Part shown: positions 9,868-19,343 of the stretch, one piece after another
How the letters are laid out: every line of letters starts with the position of its first letter
How positions within the stretch are numbered: position 1 is the first letter of the stretch
DNA from: an uncultured Verrucomicrobiae bacterium
Lineage (GTDB): Bacteria > Verrucomicrobiota > Verrucomicrobiia > Chthoniobacterales > JAFAMB01
DNA length: 64,000 nt
Direction: 5' to 3'
NCBI GenBank assembly: GCA_963837955.1
Contig: CAWIPH010000002.1
Coordinates: 4,000,001 to 4,064,000 of the forward strand
The notes under the pieces: model-generated
The model's database searches: none
What the model was told of the DNA's origin: nothing
What the model saw: the letters and a program-made list of their open reading frames with translations, nothing else
Program-made: the position numbers and the translations under genes

Positions 9868-12369
9868 ATGCCCTTCTACCGCATCCTGATGTCGGTACCA
9901 GATGACGCTCGGTTCGAATGGGAGCGAGCGGGTGAAATAGTGAAGCGAGTTAGCGAAGACTACACGGATGAAGTAGAGCTGGAACTCTATTGCCACCGGA
10001 ATAACCAAGGCAGTGCCCAGGATTTCTTTGTTCCCAACGCCGAACGCATTGATTTAGTGGTCTGCCTGATCGGCGAGCAAAGCTCGAACACGGAGACGAA
10101 CTCAGGAAGATCGGCCTCTCCGGGTCCGAATATCTGTCAGGAAGTTGTGACCGCTCACACACCGCAACTTGGGCACATTCCAGATTTTCTGTTATTTACA
10201 AAGGATTCCGAAAATATTGACCAAACTGTCGCGGGATCCGAGCAAAACAATTTCAAGTGGAGCACGCTCGAAGGCTTCCTGCGAGACTGGAACAGATTTG
10301 GCGTCAACCGCCAAGGCAAGTTTACCACCAGCATAAACCGTTATCGCGATACCAAAGAATTCGGGGAGATTTTCGAGCGCCTCTTACGCCAAACATTCCA
10401 CCAACGCTTCGCCCAGCCGATCACTGAGCACGTTTTTCCGCGGGGAGAAGCGTTGACCCAAGCGGACCATTTTTTTCATCGCTTCGGCGAGGCGCTCGGC
10501 ATGGATATCCGGTCCTATGTGTATGACTGGCTTTGGCAAATCCGAATCCAGGGTAGAAAGGAGAGACGGTTTGTAGCGAAAACCGTTTTTTCCATCAGTG
10601 GGGCACTGGTGGCAGCGATTGTCTTCGGTTCAGTGAGCTTTCATCGCTACCATCACTTTGAAGACGCGCGTCGCATAGCGATCGCGGAAAAGACCGAAGC
10701 TCAGCGGGTAATGCGACAGGCCATCGGCGCCCGATTCCGCGCTGAATCTATGGTTCATACCATCGTGGCGGACATTGGCGACAACCTGAATCCGGTACGT
10801 CGAATGGATCTGCTCGACGGCGCACTGCGAGGGATCGAATCCTACAACCGGGAGACCGGTGGCAATTCGCGCGACGCCGCGATTTCGGTGCTTCGCGTGT
10901 CGGCTTTGGATGACCAGGCCGATCTACTCCGAGATGAAGGGAAACTCGTAGAAGCGCTTAATTCCCGGCAGGAAGCCTGCCAAATCATTCGCCGATTCTT
11001 GAAAGAAAATCAGGAGCGAACGCGCTGGTCCGATCATCTAGTCCAAGAACTGCAAACGATTGGAGATATCCAGGTCTCCCTGAAAAAACTAGATCCGGCG
11101 ATCTCATCGTACCAGAGCGCGACACAAACTCTTGAAGAATTGGTCGATCAGGACCCCGAGAATCTTGCTAGGAAAAGTCGGTTGGTAACGAGTTTGAGTA
11201 AACTGGGAAACGTCTGTTTCACGAAGCAGGAATGGTCGGAAGCTATCGGCTGGTATGAACGAGAGCGCAGCGTGGTGCAGACTTTGGTCGAGAAGGACCC
11301 GAACGATTCCGGTCGTTGGTTGTTGTTGTCCGATATTTTTAACCGATTAGGCGAGCTCTACGTTAATGTTGGCATTCCGGATCGAGCAACCGGCTCTTAC
11401 AAAGGCGCGTTAGATGTGGCCAGGAAATTGGTCGATCTGAATCCAGCGAACCCTGCGTTTCGTCGAAGCCTTTTGGCTAGCCTGGAGCGAACAGGATACG
11501 CTCTGGAAGTCGAGGGCAAACTCCCGGAAGCGTTGGATTTTTACAACGAGCAGTTAGATAGCGTGCAGAAATTGCTGAACGAAGATCCAGCAAACGGCGG
11601 ATTGCACCGCGATTTGGCCATTAGTCTGGATCATATCGGCGGTGTTTTGCGGGCTGAAGGACGTCCGCAGGCGGCTGCCAAGTATTATCAGCAATCCCTG
11701 GAGATCGCTCAACGGATGGCTGATGCCGAACCGGCCAATCGTAAACGGCAACGCGATGTTGCGCTTGGGCTGGCCAACTTAGGAAGCGTCGAAGCAGACT
11801 TCGATCGTCCGGAGGACGCCCTCAACACCTCTGAACGCGGCCGTGCCATTTTTCAGAAACTATGCGACGAAGAGCCGGATAACATGGCTTACCAGAACGA
11901 TCTGGCTGTCTGCTTGGGGCGCGTAGGAGATCTACTAAAGGCGGATGGCCAACTCGACAAAGCTCTCCAATATTACGCGAACTCGCTCCAGATCTGCCAA
12001 AGGTTGGCACAGTCAGACCAAAATAACAGCATGTGGTGCCAGGATTTCGCTTTGGCTCTGCAACGCGTAGGCGAAACTTTGATCGCTTTGCAAAAACCTG
12101 AAGACGGGCTCAGGGACTACCAGCAAAGCTGCGAAATTTTTGAGCGACTTCTCGAGTCCAATCGAGCCAATCCTGCTTGGCAAGAGTTTCTGGCTAACGG
12201 ATATTTGCAAACTGCGAAAATCCTACAGGGCCGAGACCAGGAAGCCCAGATCCCGCCCCAGCTAGTTCGTTGCCGAGAAATGCTGCGAACCCTGCAGGTT
12301 TCCGAACAGCTCGACGACTTTGGCGTTTCTCTTCTCGGAGAGACCGAACAAATCTTGGCAAAGAAATAA
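9868..12369 (+). CDS. TPR-repeat membrane protein with a degenerate N-terminal TIR/DUF4062-like domain
   Basis: Many repeats of the type AL..Y...L.....L...DP.N.......LA.SL..G; one TM helix (TVFSISGALVAAIVFGSVSF); N-terminal RILMSVPDD..ER and IDLVVCLI. Confidence 0.75.
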   Translation: MPFYRILMSVPDDARFEWERAGEIVKRVSEDYTDEVELELYCHRNNQGSAQDFFVPNAERIDLVVCLIGEQSSNTETNSGRSASPGPNICQEVVTAHTPQLGHIPDFLLFTKDSENIDQTVAGSEQNNFKWSTLEGFLRDWNRFGVNRQGKFTTSINRYRDTKEFGEIFERLLRQTFHQRFAQPITEHVFPRGEALTQADHFFHRFGEALGMDIRSYVYDWLWQIRIQGRKERRFVAKTVFSISGALVAAIVFGSVSFHRYHHFEDARRIAIAEKTEAQRVMRQAIGARFRAESMVHTIVADIGDNLNPVRRMDLLDGALRGIESYNRETGGNSRDAAISVLRVSALDDQADLLRDEGKLVEALNSRQEACQIIRRFLKENQERTRWSDHLVQELQTIGDIQVSLKKLDPAISSYQSATQTLEELVDQDPENLARKSRLVTSLSKLGNVCFTKQEWSEAIGWYERERSVVQTLVEKDPNDSGRWLLLSDIFNRLGELYVNVGIPDRATGSYKGALDVARKLVDLNPANPAFRRSLLASLERTGYALEVEGKLPEALDFYNEQLDSVQKLLNEDPANGGLHRDLAISLDHIGGVLRAEGRPQAAAKYYQQSLEIAQRMADAEPANRKRQRDVALGLANLGSVEADFDRPEDALNTSERGRAIFQKLCDEEPDNMAYQNDLAVCLGRVGDLLKADGQLDKALQYYANSLQICQRLAQSDQNNSMWCQDFALALQRVGETLIALQKPEDGLRDYQQSCEIFERLLESNRANPAWQEFLANGYLQTAKILQGRDQEAQIPPQLVRCREMLRTLQVSEQLDDFGVSLLGETEQILAKK

Positions 12370-12537
12370 AAGGGACTGGCGGCCTCGGACGAATTACTCC
12401 AAACCCTGCCTTCCGGCTCGGGAGCCTTTTTGTTAGCGCGCGCGACGATGCGGGACCGCATACGTCCTAATAGCGGGACGGAATTCTTCCGGCCTGGTCT
12501 CCCCTTGCCGTTGTATTGCGAAAGAAAGAGAAACCGC

Positions 12538-12942
12538 TCAATATGTTACGATCCTGGGAAGCTTCTTAGCTTCCTCCACCCAGCGGAGAACGGTCGCAGC
12601 TCCCGGCACGAGGTGCACTTGGTGTTTCTTCTGGTTGCTTTCTTTCAGTGCTGCGTGCAAATGATCCGCTCTGCGCTGAGCTAACTCGAGAACGGAGTCG
12701 ACACCCGAAGCTTGGAGAAGCTCCGCATATTGCCGCCCAATCCCTTTCACTCGGAACAAATCAGCCTGGTTGACCCATTTTAAGATATGGTGCTCAGAAA
12801 ATCCGATCTTCTTAGCTAGCTCCTGGCGATGTTTCGGACTCGACGCGGCGTGTAACAACTGCTCTACAGTCTTGATTCCTTCGGCTTCTAGCTTTTTGGT
12901 GTGCGAGACTCCGATCCCTTCGATTTTGTTGATGTGGCTCAT
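12538..12942 (-). CDS. DUF4332 domain protein (HhH-like)
   Basis: IEGIG..., WVNQADLFRVKGIG.QYAELL..SGVDSV.ELAQR. Likely start is ATG 12942. Confidence 0.85.
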   Translation of the reverse strand: MSHINKIEGIGVSHTKKLEAEGIKTVEQLLHAASSPKHRQELAKKIGFSEHHILKWVNQADLFRVKGIGRQYAELLQASGVDSVLELAQRRADHLHAALKESNQKKHQVHLVPGAATVLRWVEEAKKLPRIVTY

Positions 12943-13161
12943 TTTCTGGGGTTCGCGTTGATTATGACAAACTTGATAACCCTCTGCCAACAGGTTTGTT
13001 ACGAATGAAAAACTTTGTGGATCCCCCCGTGACGGCCATCTGGCACACGGGAACCAGGCGGCGTTGGCGGAAAAATGTCCAAAGTGTTCCGGCAAAGCGC
13101 ATTCCGGATCGCCAACCAAAGGTCGACAAGGTCAGACGCGTGGCTAGCTTAGTTCCTCGCC

Positions 13162-14691
13162 ATGAAGATTAAACGCGCCCTCCTGTCGGTTTCGGATAAA
13201 TCCGGACTCGTTCCCTTCGCGCGACGCTTGAGCAAGATGGGAGTAGAAATCGTCTCGACCGGCGGAACGGCGGCCGTCCTTAAGAAGGAGGGAATCGCTC
13301 TCGTAGAAATGGAACAGTTTACAGGTTTTCCAGAGATCTTGGGTGGCCGCGTGAAGACACTCCATCCGAAGGTCCACGGTGGCCTGCTTTTCGTTCGGAA
13401 CAACCTCGATCACCAACAGCAGGTCGAAACAAATCAGATCGAGCCGATCGATCTGGTTGTGGTCAACCTTTATCCATTTGAGGAGACGATTAAGAAGCCG
13501 GAAGTAAACCTCGAAGAAGCGATCGAGCAGATCGATATTGGCGGGCCGTCGATGCTGCGGAGTGCAGCCAAGAATTATCGATTCGTGACGGTCGTGACAG
13601 ATCCGGCCGACTACAACCTGGTTCTAGACGAACTCGATCAACATGAAGGTGAAACGACGCTGGCTTTGCGCGAGCAGCTTGCCATCAAAGTCTTCCTGAC
13701 TACGTCGAAATACGATAGTGTAATCGCGACCTACCTGAATGATGAACAGGCGACTTCCGGATCCTATGCGGTGTCGCTACCGCTAGCCATGCGACTGCGG
13801 TACGGTGAAAATCCGCACCAGAGCGCCTCTCTCTACGGCCCTTTCACTGACTTTTTTCAGAAACTGCACGGGAAAGAACTCTCCTATAACAATATTCTCG
13901 ATATTAATGCTGCCGCGGGCCTGATCCAGGAATTCGTTGAACCGACGGTGGCCATCTTGAAGCATACGAATCCGTGCGGAGTCGGCACCGACCATGATCT
14001 CCGAGAAGCGTGGCTGAAAGCATTTGCGACCGACAAACAGGCACCTTTTGGTGGCATTATCGCGTGTAATCGTCCGCTGACCGAGTCGTTGGCGCGCGCT
14101 ATCTCCGAAATATTTAGCGAGGTGATCATCGCTCCGGAATTTGAGCCTGAAGCGCGCGCTTTGCTGCAAAAGAAGAAAAATCTTCGACTCATCAAGGTGT
14201 CCGACTGGCTTAACTCAACCCGCTCAGAACCAGATGTACGTTCCGTGATAGGCGGAATGCTCGTGCAAGACAAGGACTGGGGAGAATTGAAGGACCCGGA
14301 GAGGCAAGTCGTTTCCCAACGGCCGCCCACGGCTGATGAAATGAAGGCAATGCTGTTCGGCTGGAAAATTGTCAAACATGTAAAATCCAACGCGATCGTT
14401 TATGCCGCGAAAGATCGGACGCTTGGGATCGGCGCTGGTCAGATGGCGCGGGTCGACGCCTCGCGGATCGCGATCTGGAAAGCAAGCGAAGCCGGCCTTT
14501 CTCTGAAGGGCAGTGCAGTTGCCAGCGACGCATTTTTCCCGTTTGCAGATGGATTGATCGCGGCCTCGGAGGCAGGCGCGACGGCCGTCATTCAACCGGG
14601 TGGTTCGGTGCGCGATCCTGAAGTCATTCAAGCCGCCAACGATCGTCGAATGGCGATGGTTTTCACTGGCGTTAGGCACTTTCGGCATTAG
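13162..14691 (+). CDS. purH: Bifunctional AICAR formyltransferase/IMP cyclohydrolase
   Basis: [44 protein letters not shown]. Confidence 0.98.
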   Translation: MKIKRALLSVSDKSGLVPFARRLSKMGVEIVSTGGTAAVLKKEGIALVEMEQFTGFPEILGGRVKTLHPKVHGGLLFVRNNLDHQQQVETNQIEPIDLVVVNLYPFEETIKKPEVNLEEAIEQIDIGGPSMLRSAAKNYRFVTVVTDPADYNLVLDELDQHEGETTLALREQLAIKVFLTTSKYDSVIATYLNDEQATSGSYAVSLPLAMRLRYGENPHQSASLYGPFTDFFQKLHGKELSYNNILDINAAAGLIQEFVEPTVAILKHTNPCGVGTDHDLREAWLKAFATDKQAPFGGIIACNRPLTESLARAISEIFSEVIIAPEFEPEARALLQKKKNLRLIKVSDWLNSTRSEPDVRSVIGGMLVQDKDWGELKDPERQVVSQRPPTADEMKAMLFGWKIVKHVKSNAIVYAAKDRTLGIGAGQMARVDASRIAIWKASEAGLSLKGSAVASDAFFPFADGLIAASEAGATAVIQPGGSVRDPEVIQAANDRRMAMVFTGVRHFRH

Positions 14692-14750
14692 GGCTGACCG
14701 AAAACGCGCAAACGGTTAGCTGTCCCCTTTTGTCAATCCCTGAAAGTTGT

Positions 14751-15494
14751 ATGCTCAAATTAGGTGTAAATATTGACCATGTCGCGACGCTCCGTCAGGT
14801 GCGCTACGTGGGATTAAATGACTCTCCAAACTGCGAACCCGACGTCATCGCGGCGGCCTCCATATGCGAACGAGCCGGAGCCCACGGCATCACCGTGCAT
14901 CTCCGGGCCGACCGACGGCACATTCAAGATCAAGACGTTTTTCGGCTGCGCGCTAGCCTGATGACAAAGCTGAATTTGGAAATGGGAAATACTCCGGAAA
15001 TTCTCGATACGGCAATTCGCATCGTGCCAGATGACGTTTGTCTCGTCCCGGAAAATCGTCAGGAGGTGACAACCGAAGGCGGATTAGACGTGGTACGTCA
15101 TGCAAAATCCCTCAAAAAAACGGTCGAGCGCCTGCAGGCAGCCGGCATCCGGGTGAGTATGTTTATCGAGCCAAGCGCTGATCAAATCGCGGCGTCGGCC
15201 GACCTTGGCGCTCAGGTTGTCGAACTCCACACCGGAGCATACTCTAACGCATTAGATGATTTTCAGATCGATGAATTAAACCGGCTCGAGGCGGCGGCGC
15301 ATTTCGCAGAAGAAAAGGGACTTATTGTCAACGCCGGACACGGAATAAACTATGCGAACGTCCATCGACTGCTTTCGATTTCTGATTGGAATGAATTCAA
15401 CATCGGCCACTCCATTATCTCGCGCGCGATCTTTATCGGTCTGGAGAATGCCGTTCGCGAGATGACCCAAAAGCTAGCTTCAGGAGCGCGGTGA
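14751..15494 (+). CDS. pdxJ: Pyridoxine 5'-phosphate synthase
   Basis: LGVNIDHVATLR, TVHLR.DRRHI, TTEGGLD, NAGHG, NIGHSI. Confidence 0.96.
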   Translation: MLKLGVNIDHVATLRQVRYVGLNDSPNCEPDVIAAASICERAGAHGITVHLRADRRHIQDQDVFRLRASLMTKLNLEMGNTPEILDTAIRIVPDDVCLVPENRQEVTTEGGLDVVRHAKSLKKTVERLQAAGIRVSMFIEPSADQIAASADLGAQVVELHTGAYSNALDDFQIDELNRLEAAAHFAEEKGLIVNAGHGINYANVHRLLSISDWNEFNIGHSIISRAIFIGLENAVREMTQKLASGAR

Positions 15495-15880
15495 CAGTAT
15501 TTGGCATTGGAATTGACGTGGTAGAAATCGGGCGAATCGCCGATTTAATTCGGAGTCATGGTCAACGATTTTTGGATCGGGTATACCAGCCAGGAGAGAT
15601 CGACTACTGCCAGTCGATGCGAGATCCGGCCCCTCATTTTGCCGCTCGCTTCGCCGCCAAAGAAGCGATCTCCAAAGCATTTGGAACAGGATTTGCCCAA
15701 CACGTAAATTGGCGGGACATCGAGGTCCGCCGGAAGGCGAGCGGGGAGCCGTTCGTTGTGCTTCACTCCGGGGCGGCGGATTTGGCCAAGAGATTAAACA
15801 TTGAGACGGTGTTAGTTAGCCTCAGCCATTCCCAGGCATACGCCGTAGCAAATGCGTTGCTGTTGAAAGGCGCACCCTAA
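15491..15880 (+). CDS. acpS: Holo-[acyl-carrier-protein] synthase
   Basis: GIGIDVVE, ARFAAKEA.SKA.GTG, VSLSHS. Confidence 0.95.
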   Translation: MTVFGIGIDVVEIGRIADLIRSHGQRFLDRVYQPGEIDYCQSMRDPAPHFAARFAAKEAISKAFGTGFAQHVNWRDIEVRRKASGEPFVVLHSGAADLAKRLNIETVLVSLSHSQAYAVANALLLKGAP

Positions 15881-15909
15881 CGCTCGAACTATCCTTTTCC
15901 CCTCTCCCC

Positions 15910-16641
15910 ATGCCGTCGGATTACAAGGTCAAAATCGAAGTCTTCGAAGGACCCCTCGATCTCCTTCTTTACCTCATCAAGAAAGAAGAGGTGGATATCT
16001 ACGCAGTTTCGATCGAGCGAATCACGAGTCAATACTTGGAGTATCTCGACACGTTCCGAATGCTGGATCTCGAGATTGCGGGAGAGTTTGTGGTAATGGC
16101 CGCTACCCTCATCTATATCAAGAGCCGGAGCCTGCTGCCTGTGCATCAACAGCCTCCGGACGCTGACGCGGAAGAAGAAGATCCCAGATGGGATCTGATC
16201 CGGCAGCTAATCGAGTATAAGAAATTCAAAGATGCAGCCTTCCAGCTTCATCAAAGAGAACTGCTTCAGGAGGGCATCATCCCCCGAGTAGCAGAAAAAC
16301 CTGACTTCGAAGATCGCGGCACACTGCTTAAGAGTGAGGTCGGCATCTTCGACTTAATTAGCGCCTTCCAGAAGGTGCTGAAAAAGCTCGAAGATCGACG
16401 CGAAGACCTCCGCGAAATCTTCGAAGAAAATTTCACAGTTTCCGACAAGATCGACTTTATCATCCGCACGACCACGGCAAGCAAGCAGATCGCCTTCTCG
16501 GAACTATTCGCCTCAGCCGCGAGCCGCACTGAGATCGTCGTTACCTTTCTGGCACTGCTCGAATTGATTCGGCTGAAACAATTACGGGTTACCCAGGCGG
16601 CGCCATTTTCCGAAATCGGAATCGAGCGCATCAGTGACTAA
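15910..16641 (+). CDS. scpA: Segregation and condensation protein A
   Basis: FEGPLDLLLYLI, AGEFVVMAATL.YIKSR.LLP, VTFLALLEL. Confidence 0.95.
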   Translation: MPSDYKVKIEVFEGPLDLLLYLIKKEEVDIYAVSIERITSQYLEYLDTFRMLDLEIAGEFVVMAATLIYIKSRSLLPVHQQPPDADAEEEDPRWDLIRQLIEYKKFKDAAFQLHQRELLQEGIIPRVAEKPDFEDRGTLLKSEVGIFDLISAFQKVLKKLEDRREDLREIFEENFTVSDKIDFIIRTTTASKQIAFSELFASAASRTEIVVTFLALLELIRLKQLRVTQAAPFSEIGIERISD

Positions 16642-16795
16642 ATGCGCGGACTTGATCTGGGTTGGCCATGCCGAATAATCGTTTCTTCTGATGCCTGATA
16701 TCGTTTAATATGGAGGATGTACATGCTAGGCGGCAGTGGAACGTTCCTACCAGGCCACAGGTCACTCGACGGAGGCTAAAGTTCTCATCAGATTG

Positions 16796-16834
16796 ATGAC
16801 AATATTGTCATGGCCGCTTCGGCCAGATTGTCAT
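16796..16834 (+). promoter_or_regulatory. CusR/CopR-type response-regulator box upstream of the efflux operon
   Basis: Perfect palindrome ATGACAATATTGTCAT at 16796-16811, with extra half-sites ATTGTCAT at 16827-16834 and TTGTCAT at 16863-16869. Confidence 0.65.
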
Positions 16835-16878
16835 GATAGCCATTGAGTTTGGCGCTGGTGTGTTGTCATCAGAAAACC

Positions 16879-18234
16879 GTGAGAATTCTATTTCTATTCT
16901 CTTCCGTGCTGATCAGTGGGTGCATGGCCTATCACTCGCTCCCGCTGTCACATGCCGGCGTAGAACGAAAACTCCGGGAAAGAAGCTTGAATGCGCTCGA
17001 GGTAGATGCAACTCAGCTTCATCATCCGCTGCTGCCACCGATAACCATGAATTCTAAACACGGTATCGGGCCCGACCAGGCCGCAGTCTTGTCGGTGTTG
17101 CTTAGCCCGAAACTGGTAGCCGAGCGCGACCGCCGGGGTTTAGCTCAGGCGCAGCTCGTCCAGGCCGGTATTTTGCCGAACCCTTCGGTCGGTATAACGC
17201 GGGATTTTGTTACGGGTGGCTTTACCACGGGAGCGTTCTCGCCTTACGGATTTACCGGAAGCTGGGACGTTTCATCTCTGGTAAGCCACGGAGCGAAAGT
17301 GAAAGCGGCCCGCGAGAATGTCGATGCCATCAGCCTCGATGTTGCCTGGGCAGAGTGGCAAACGGCTGAAGGAGCCAAACTCGCGTTCTACCGGGTCCTG
17401 TCTTTAGAATCTCAGCTGAGTCGAGCGAAGCAAATTGACGACGATCAACAAGCCACCGTCTCGGCACTTCAATCGGCCGTCGATCGCCACGAGAAAAGTG
17501 TAGTCGATTTAGCCGCCGCTCAGGCCGCTCGGCAAGACTCCTTGGCTACCGTTCTCACCCTTCAACAAGAGTTGGATCAGAGACAGTTGGCGCTGAAAAG
17601 GGCAATTGGATTTTTGCCTCAAGCTCAGCTGCCAATTCGGCGTGATTTCGCTCTCCCCTCTTCCATCTCGCCACCCTCAGAAAAAGAGTTAGTTGCGAGC
17701 CTCGAAAATCAGCGATTGGATTTAGTAGGTCTGCGTCAGGGTTATCAAAGCCAAGAGGAAACTGTCCGGGCCGCGATTCTTGCTCAATTTCCAAAAGTGG
17801 CACTCGGGTTCACCCATGGCAGCGACGCTTCCAACGTACATACCACCGGATTTGGTATTACGTTCGATTTGCCGATTTTCGATCGGAACCAAGGAGCGAT
17901 TGCGACAGAACAAGCGACGCGTCAGAAGCTTTACGACGAATATACCAATCGGGTTTTTGAAGCTCATTCCGATATCGCGTCGGCCTTTGCTGATATCCGT
18001 TCGCTTAATCAGCAAATTGCTACCGCCCAAGCCGCTCTCCCAGTTTTTCAGCGCCTCGTCGAGACCGCGAAATCTGCTTTGGATGAGGGCTCTGCTGACG
18101 TACTCGGCTACTTTCAAGCTCGGGTTAACCTGAACCAGCGAAGTCTACAGATTCTCAAATTGAAGCAACAATTGATCGAAGCGAAAAGCGCGCTTGAACT
18201 CGGCTCAGGCAGGTATCTCCCGGCGGGCAACTAG
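16879..18234 (+). CDS. TolC family outer-membrane efflux lipoprotein
   Basis: Lipobox-like LISGC after GTG 16879 (the ORF opens at 16843); LPNPS and DLPIFDRNQG motifs. Confidence 0.9.
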   Translation: MRILFLFSSVLISGCMAYHSLPLSHAGVERKLRERSLNALEVDATQLHHPLLPPITMNSKHGIGPDQAAVLSVLLSPKLVAERDRRGLAQAQLVQAGILPNPSVGITRDFVTGGFTTGAFSPYGFTGSWDVSSLVSHGAKVKAARENVDAISLDVAWAEWQTAEGAKLAFYRVLSLESQLSRAKQIDDDQQATVSALQSAVDRHEKSVVDLAAAQAARQDSLATVLTLQQELDQRQLALKRAIGFLPQAQLPIRRDFALPSSISPPSEKELVASLENQRLDLVGLRQGYQSQEETVRAAILAQFPKVALGFTHGSDASNVHTTGFGITFDLPIFDRNQGAIATEQATRQKLYDEYTNRVFEAHSDIASAFADIRSLNQQIATAQAALPVFQRLVETAKSALDEGSADVLGYFQARVNLNQRSLQILKLKQQLIEAKSALELGSGRYLPAGN

Positions 18235-18251
18235 AGAAGAACAGCAACACT

Positions 18252-19343
18252 ATGATTAAGAAGTCATCAGTAATTTTCATCCTCGTCGCGTTAGTCGCGG
18301 CGATCGCCGGATATTGCTTGAGCAGAAACGTCGGAAAGAATGCGTCAGAATCAGGAGATGCTCAGGGAGGAGCAATTGAGGAGTCCAAGCCAGTTGCTCA
18401 AGTCGAGACCGCTGCTGTCGAACACAAACTAATTTCTGAGACTCTCACGGCGTACGGCGGAGTTGTGGCCGCTCCGGGCAAAACTCATTTCGTCGCCGTT
18501 TCTTTCGAAAGCCGGGTTAAACACATTCTGGTGAGCGCAGGCCAAGTCGTTAATAAAGGAGACATCTTGCTGCAGATCGAGGGGACTGCCGCGAGTCTCC
18601 TGCAGTTGCGACAGGCAGAAGGCACCAATGCAGAAGCTCGCAGAGAGCTCGAGCAAATTAAGAGGCGCTTTGAGCTGAAACTTGCCACGAACCAAGAACT
18701 CTATCAGGCCGAGAAGGCTGCAGCGGATGCGGATTTGCTGCTAGAGAGCCTTCGCAAACAAGGTGTCGCTTCCGCGAGTGAGATTCGCTCCGATAGCGCC
18801 GGAATTGTGGCCAAGGTGGATGTGGAAGAGGGACAGGTTGCCGCTGGCGGAAGCCCGCTGATTGAGATCGTCCCAGCCGATGATGTCGCAGTGAAGTTGG
18901 GTGCAGAACCGGAAGATATAGCGAAGATCGCTCCCGGCCAAAAAGTCACTATCTCGATGGTGAACGATCCGGGATCACCGGCCGTCGAAGGCACCGTTCG
19001 CCTCGTGACTCAACGAGTTAACCCGGCCGATCGCCTAGTCGATGTGTACGTTTCCTTACCACCGGGAACTCGACTCCTCTTGGCAGCTTACGTTCGTGGG
19101 GAGATCGCCATTACTTCTCGCGAAACGTGGGTTGTGCCGAGGGCGGCTGTTTTGCCCGACGACTCCGCTTTCACGCTCTATTTGGCTCAAAACGACCGAG
19201 CAATTGAAAGGAAAGTGAAGCTCGGACTGGAAACCGCCACCGAGGTAGAGATCCTCGATGCCGTCCTCAAAGAAGGAGATCGCGTTGTCACCGTCGGGAA
19301 TCGCGAACTCAGCGACGGAATGGAGATCAAGGAATCGAAATGA
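18252..19343 (+). CDS. RND efflux periplasmic adaptor (MFP)
   Basis: N-terminal anchor, lipoyl halves (V.AGQVV.KGD; V.V.EGQV..G), coiled hairpin, VVPRAAV. Confidence 0.92.
   Translation: MIKKSSVIFILVALVAAIAGYCLSRNVGKNASESGDAQGGAIEESKPVAQVETAAVEHKLISETLTAYGGVVAAPGKTHFVAVSFESRVKHILVSAGQVVNKGDILLQIEGTAASLLQLRQAEGTNAEARRELEQIKRRFELKLATNQELYQAEKAAADADLLLESLRKQGVASASEIRSDSAGIVAKVDVEEGQVAAGGSPLIEIVPADDVAVKLGAEPEDIAKIAPGQKVTISMVNDPGSPAVEGTVRLVTQRVNPADRLVDVYVSLPPGTRLLLAAYVRGEIAITSRETWVVPRAAVLPDDSAFTLYLAQNDRAIERKVKLGLETATEVEILDAVLKEGDRVVTVGNRELSDGMEIKESK

Noticed and set aside
13020..13160. Possible ZTP (pfl) riboswitch upstream of purH (CCCGTGACGGCC...CACGGG hairpin)
   Set aside because: Lacks the conserved GACUGGCG, GGGGAGC and 3' CGCCUGGG pseudoknot elements; only a simple hairpin.
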